DNA of 64,000 bases from an uncultured Bacilli bacterium. Lineage in GTDB: Bacteria; Bacillota_I; Bacilli_A; RF39; UBA660. Where the stretch lies: assembly GCA_947589435.1 (NCBI GenBank), contig CANQBI010000001.1:12740-76739 (forward strand). Direction: 5' to 3'. A program made the translations under genes and the position numbers. Every line of letters begins with the position of its first letter. The stretch's first letter is position 1. Below the pieces are notes generated by a model. It was not told the DNA's origin and ran no database searches. It saw only the letters and a list, made by a program, of their open reading frames with translations. This document shows positions 62,776 through 64,000 of the stretch, piece by piece.

Positions 62776-63963
62776 ATGAAGAAAAGAATATTTGTATATG
62801 GATTAATTCTAATAACAATAGGGGTAATTGTTTTTGAAGGTTATTCTATTGTAAATATGGTTAATAATCATAAAAATAAAGTATTACAGGATATCAAAAC
62901 AGTAGATATATTTGAAAATAAAGATAAAGCCTTATCTATAATGATTCAGCAACCAGATTATAGTTATAAAGAAGACACAAGTAGAACAGCATGGCCAAGT
63001 ACAAGTGAATATTTATATTCAGGAGCTAAGTGTACATACCAGGATGGAAGTGAAATAGTTGATACAGGACAATATATAAGTTTTGAAGAAATAAGTCATA
63101 CAGCAACAATCACAACCAAGAAGACAATATACTGTACATTATACTTTGCCAATGGAAGACCAGCCTTAGAAGTATTAAAAGCAACAAATGATAATACATA
63201 TGCCGGAGGAGGACAACATACAACAGTAGTAGAAGGATTGTATAGATTTAAAGGAGATTACGATAAAGTATTAAATAACTATATATGTTTAGGAGCATAT
63301 GAAAATCCAGAAAAATGCAAAACAAATGCCAATAATATGTATAGAATAATAGGGGTAACAGACGGAACAGAAGAAAGTACGCTAGGATTAAAAGCAGGGA
63401 TGTTAAAAGTAATAAAGGCAACACCATCAAATACAAGCCAAGCATGGTCAAGTAGTGGTAACTACGATTGGGATAATACAAATGCAACAGCAAGAAAATA
63501 CCTAAATGACACATTCTATACAGGAAATACAATAGATGCAAGAATAAAACCATACATAGCAGAAGTAAATTGGTGGAAAGGAGACAATGAAGGTTCATGG
63601 CTAACTCCTCCAACATCAGAAACAAAGACAAAAACAACAAGTCAATATAGGATAGGCTTAATGTATGCAAGTGATTATTATAACTCATGGACATATAGTA
63701 GTAGTGGAAATACAAATAGTTGGTTAGATATAACACATGGATTAAGTAGTAGTTCAACATATAGTAATTACATTGAATGGACAATGACTAAGTATGGCTC
63801 AAGCTATGCGTGGTATGTGCGTGCAGACGGCGCCTTGCTCTGGAATAATATCAATGTGACCAATGCGTATGCGGTTCGCCCAGTCTTCTATCTGTCATCC
63901 ACAGCAGGGCTAATAGGATTTGGAACTGAACAACAACCTTATACAATAACAACTATTAAATGA
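62776..63963 (+). CDS. Secreted/membrane-anchored protein. Paralog of 294..1493.
   Basis: Shares ATITTKKTIYCTLYF, GRPALEVL, YRIIGVTDG, GMLKVIK, YRIGLMY.SDYYNSW and AVRPVFYL blocks with 294..1493. Confidence 0.6.
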   Translation: MKKRIFVYGLILITIGVIVFEGYSIVNMVNNHKNKVLQDIKTVDIFENKDKALSIMIQQPDYSYKEDTSRTAWPSTSEYLYSGAKCTYQDGSEIVDTGQYISFEEISHTATITTKKTIYCTLYFANGRPALEVLKATNDNTYAGGGQHTTVVEGLYRFKGDYDKVLNNYICLGAYENPEKCKTNANNMYRIIGVTDGTEESTLGLKAGMLKVIKATPSNTSQAWSSSGNYDWDNTNATARKYLNDTFYTGNTIDARIKPYIAEVNWWKGDNEGSWLTPPTSETKTKTTSQYRIGLMYASDYYNSWTYSSSGNTNSWLDITHGLSSSSTYSNYIEWTMTKYGSSYAWYVRADGALLWNNINVTNAYAVRPVFYLSSTAGLIGFGTEQQPYTITTIK

Positions 63964-64000
63964 TTATGAATATCTCCCAAGGCGGCATTATGGCGATAAT

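Overview
This 64 kb window comes from a very AT-rich, low-GC Gram-positive chromosome of the endospore-forming Firmicutes type, judged from its sporulation genes (spoVT, spoVG, yabP, yabQ, yabG, bofA, yaaT). The standard code fits: TGA is used as a stop. The window is centred on the replication origin. On the left arm, genes run almost all on the minus strand: divIC, yabQ, yabP, spoVG, veg, yabG, ksgA, tatD, metG, spoVT, mfd, pth, yaaT, holB, bofA, recR, ybaB, dnaX, tadA, SRP RNA, gyrA, gyrB, recF, dnaN, dnaA. A DnaA-box cluster lies at about 36.2-36.6 kb. On the right arm, genes run almost all on the plus strand: rpmH, rnpA, yidC, jag, mnmE, mnmG, rsmG, parB-like, rpoE, prfA, prmC. This strand switch marks oriC. 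A Met-type T-box leader precedes the HAD-metG operon. Accessory material is inserted at several normally conserved junctions: an ORF plus a ComK-like gene between dnaN and recF; an LRR protein between oriC and rpmH; three ORFs between jag and mnmE. A small defence and toxin-antitoxin-like island sits at 52.4-55.9 kb, made of an orphan DinJ-like RHH protein, two tandem minimal kinase-like paralogs and an AbiEi/AbiEii pair. A second RelB/DinJ-like gene is translationally coupled (GTGA overlap) to an unclassified 189-aa partner at 3.2-4.1 kb. The two ends of the window carry diverged, inverted paralogous two-gene modules for secreted proteins, each next to XRE regulators. One module gene has a SipW/TasA-type signal-peptide motif. 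Other notable sequence features are twin perfect 20-bp palindromes next to the SRP RNA gene, a phased A-tract minisatellite at 58.1-58.3 kb, a cluster of TGTCGAA (Spo0A-box-like) motifs at the left edge, and an apparent +1 frameshift in rpmH. No rRNA, tRNA, CRISPR array, transposase or integrase was recognised.
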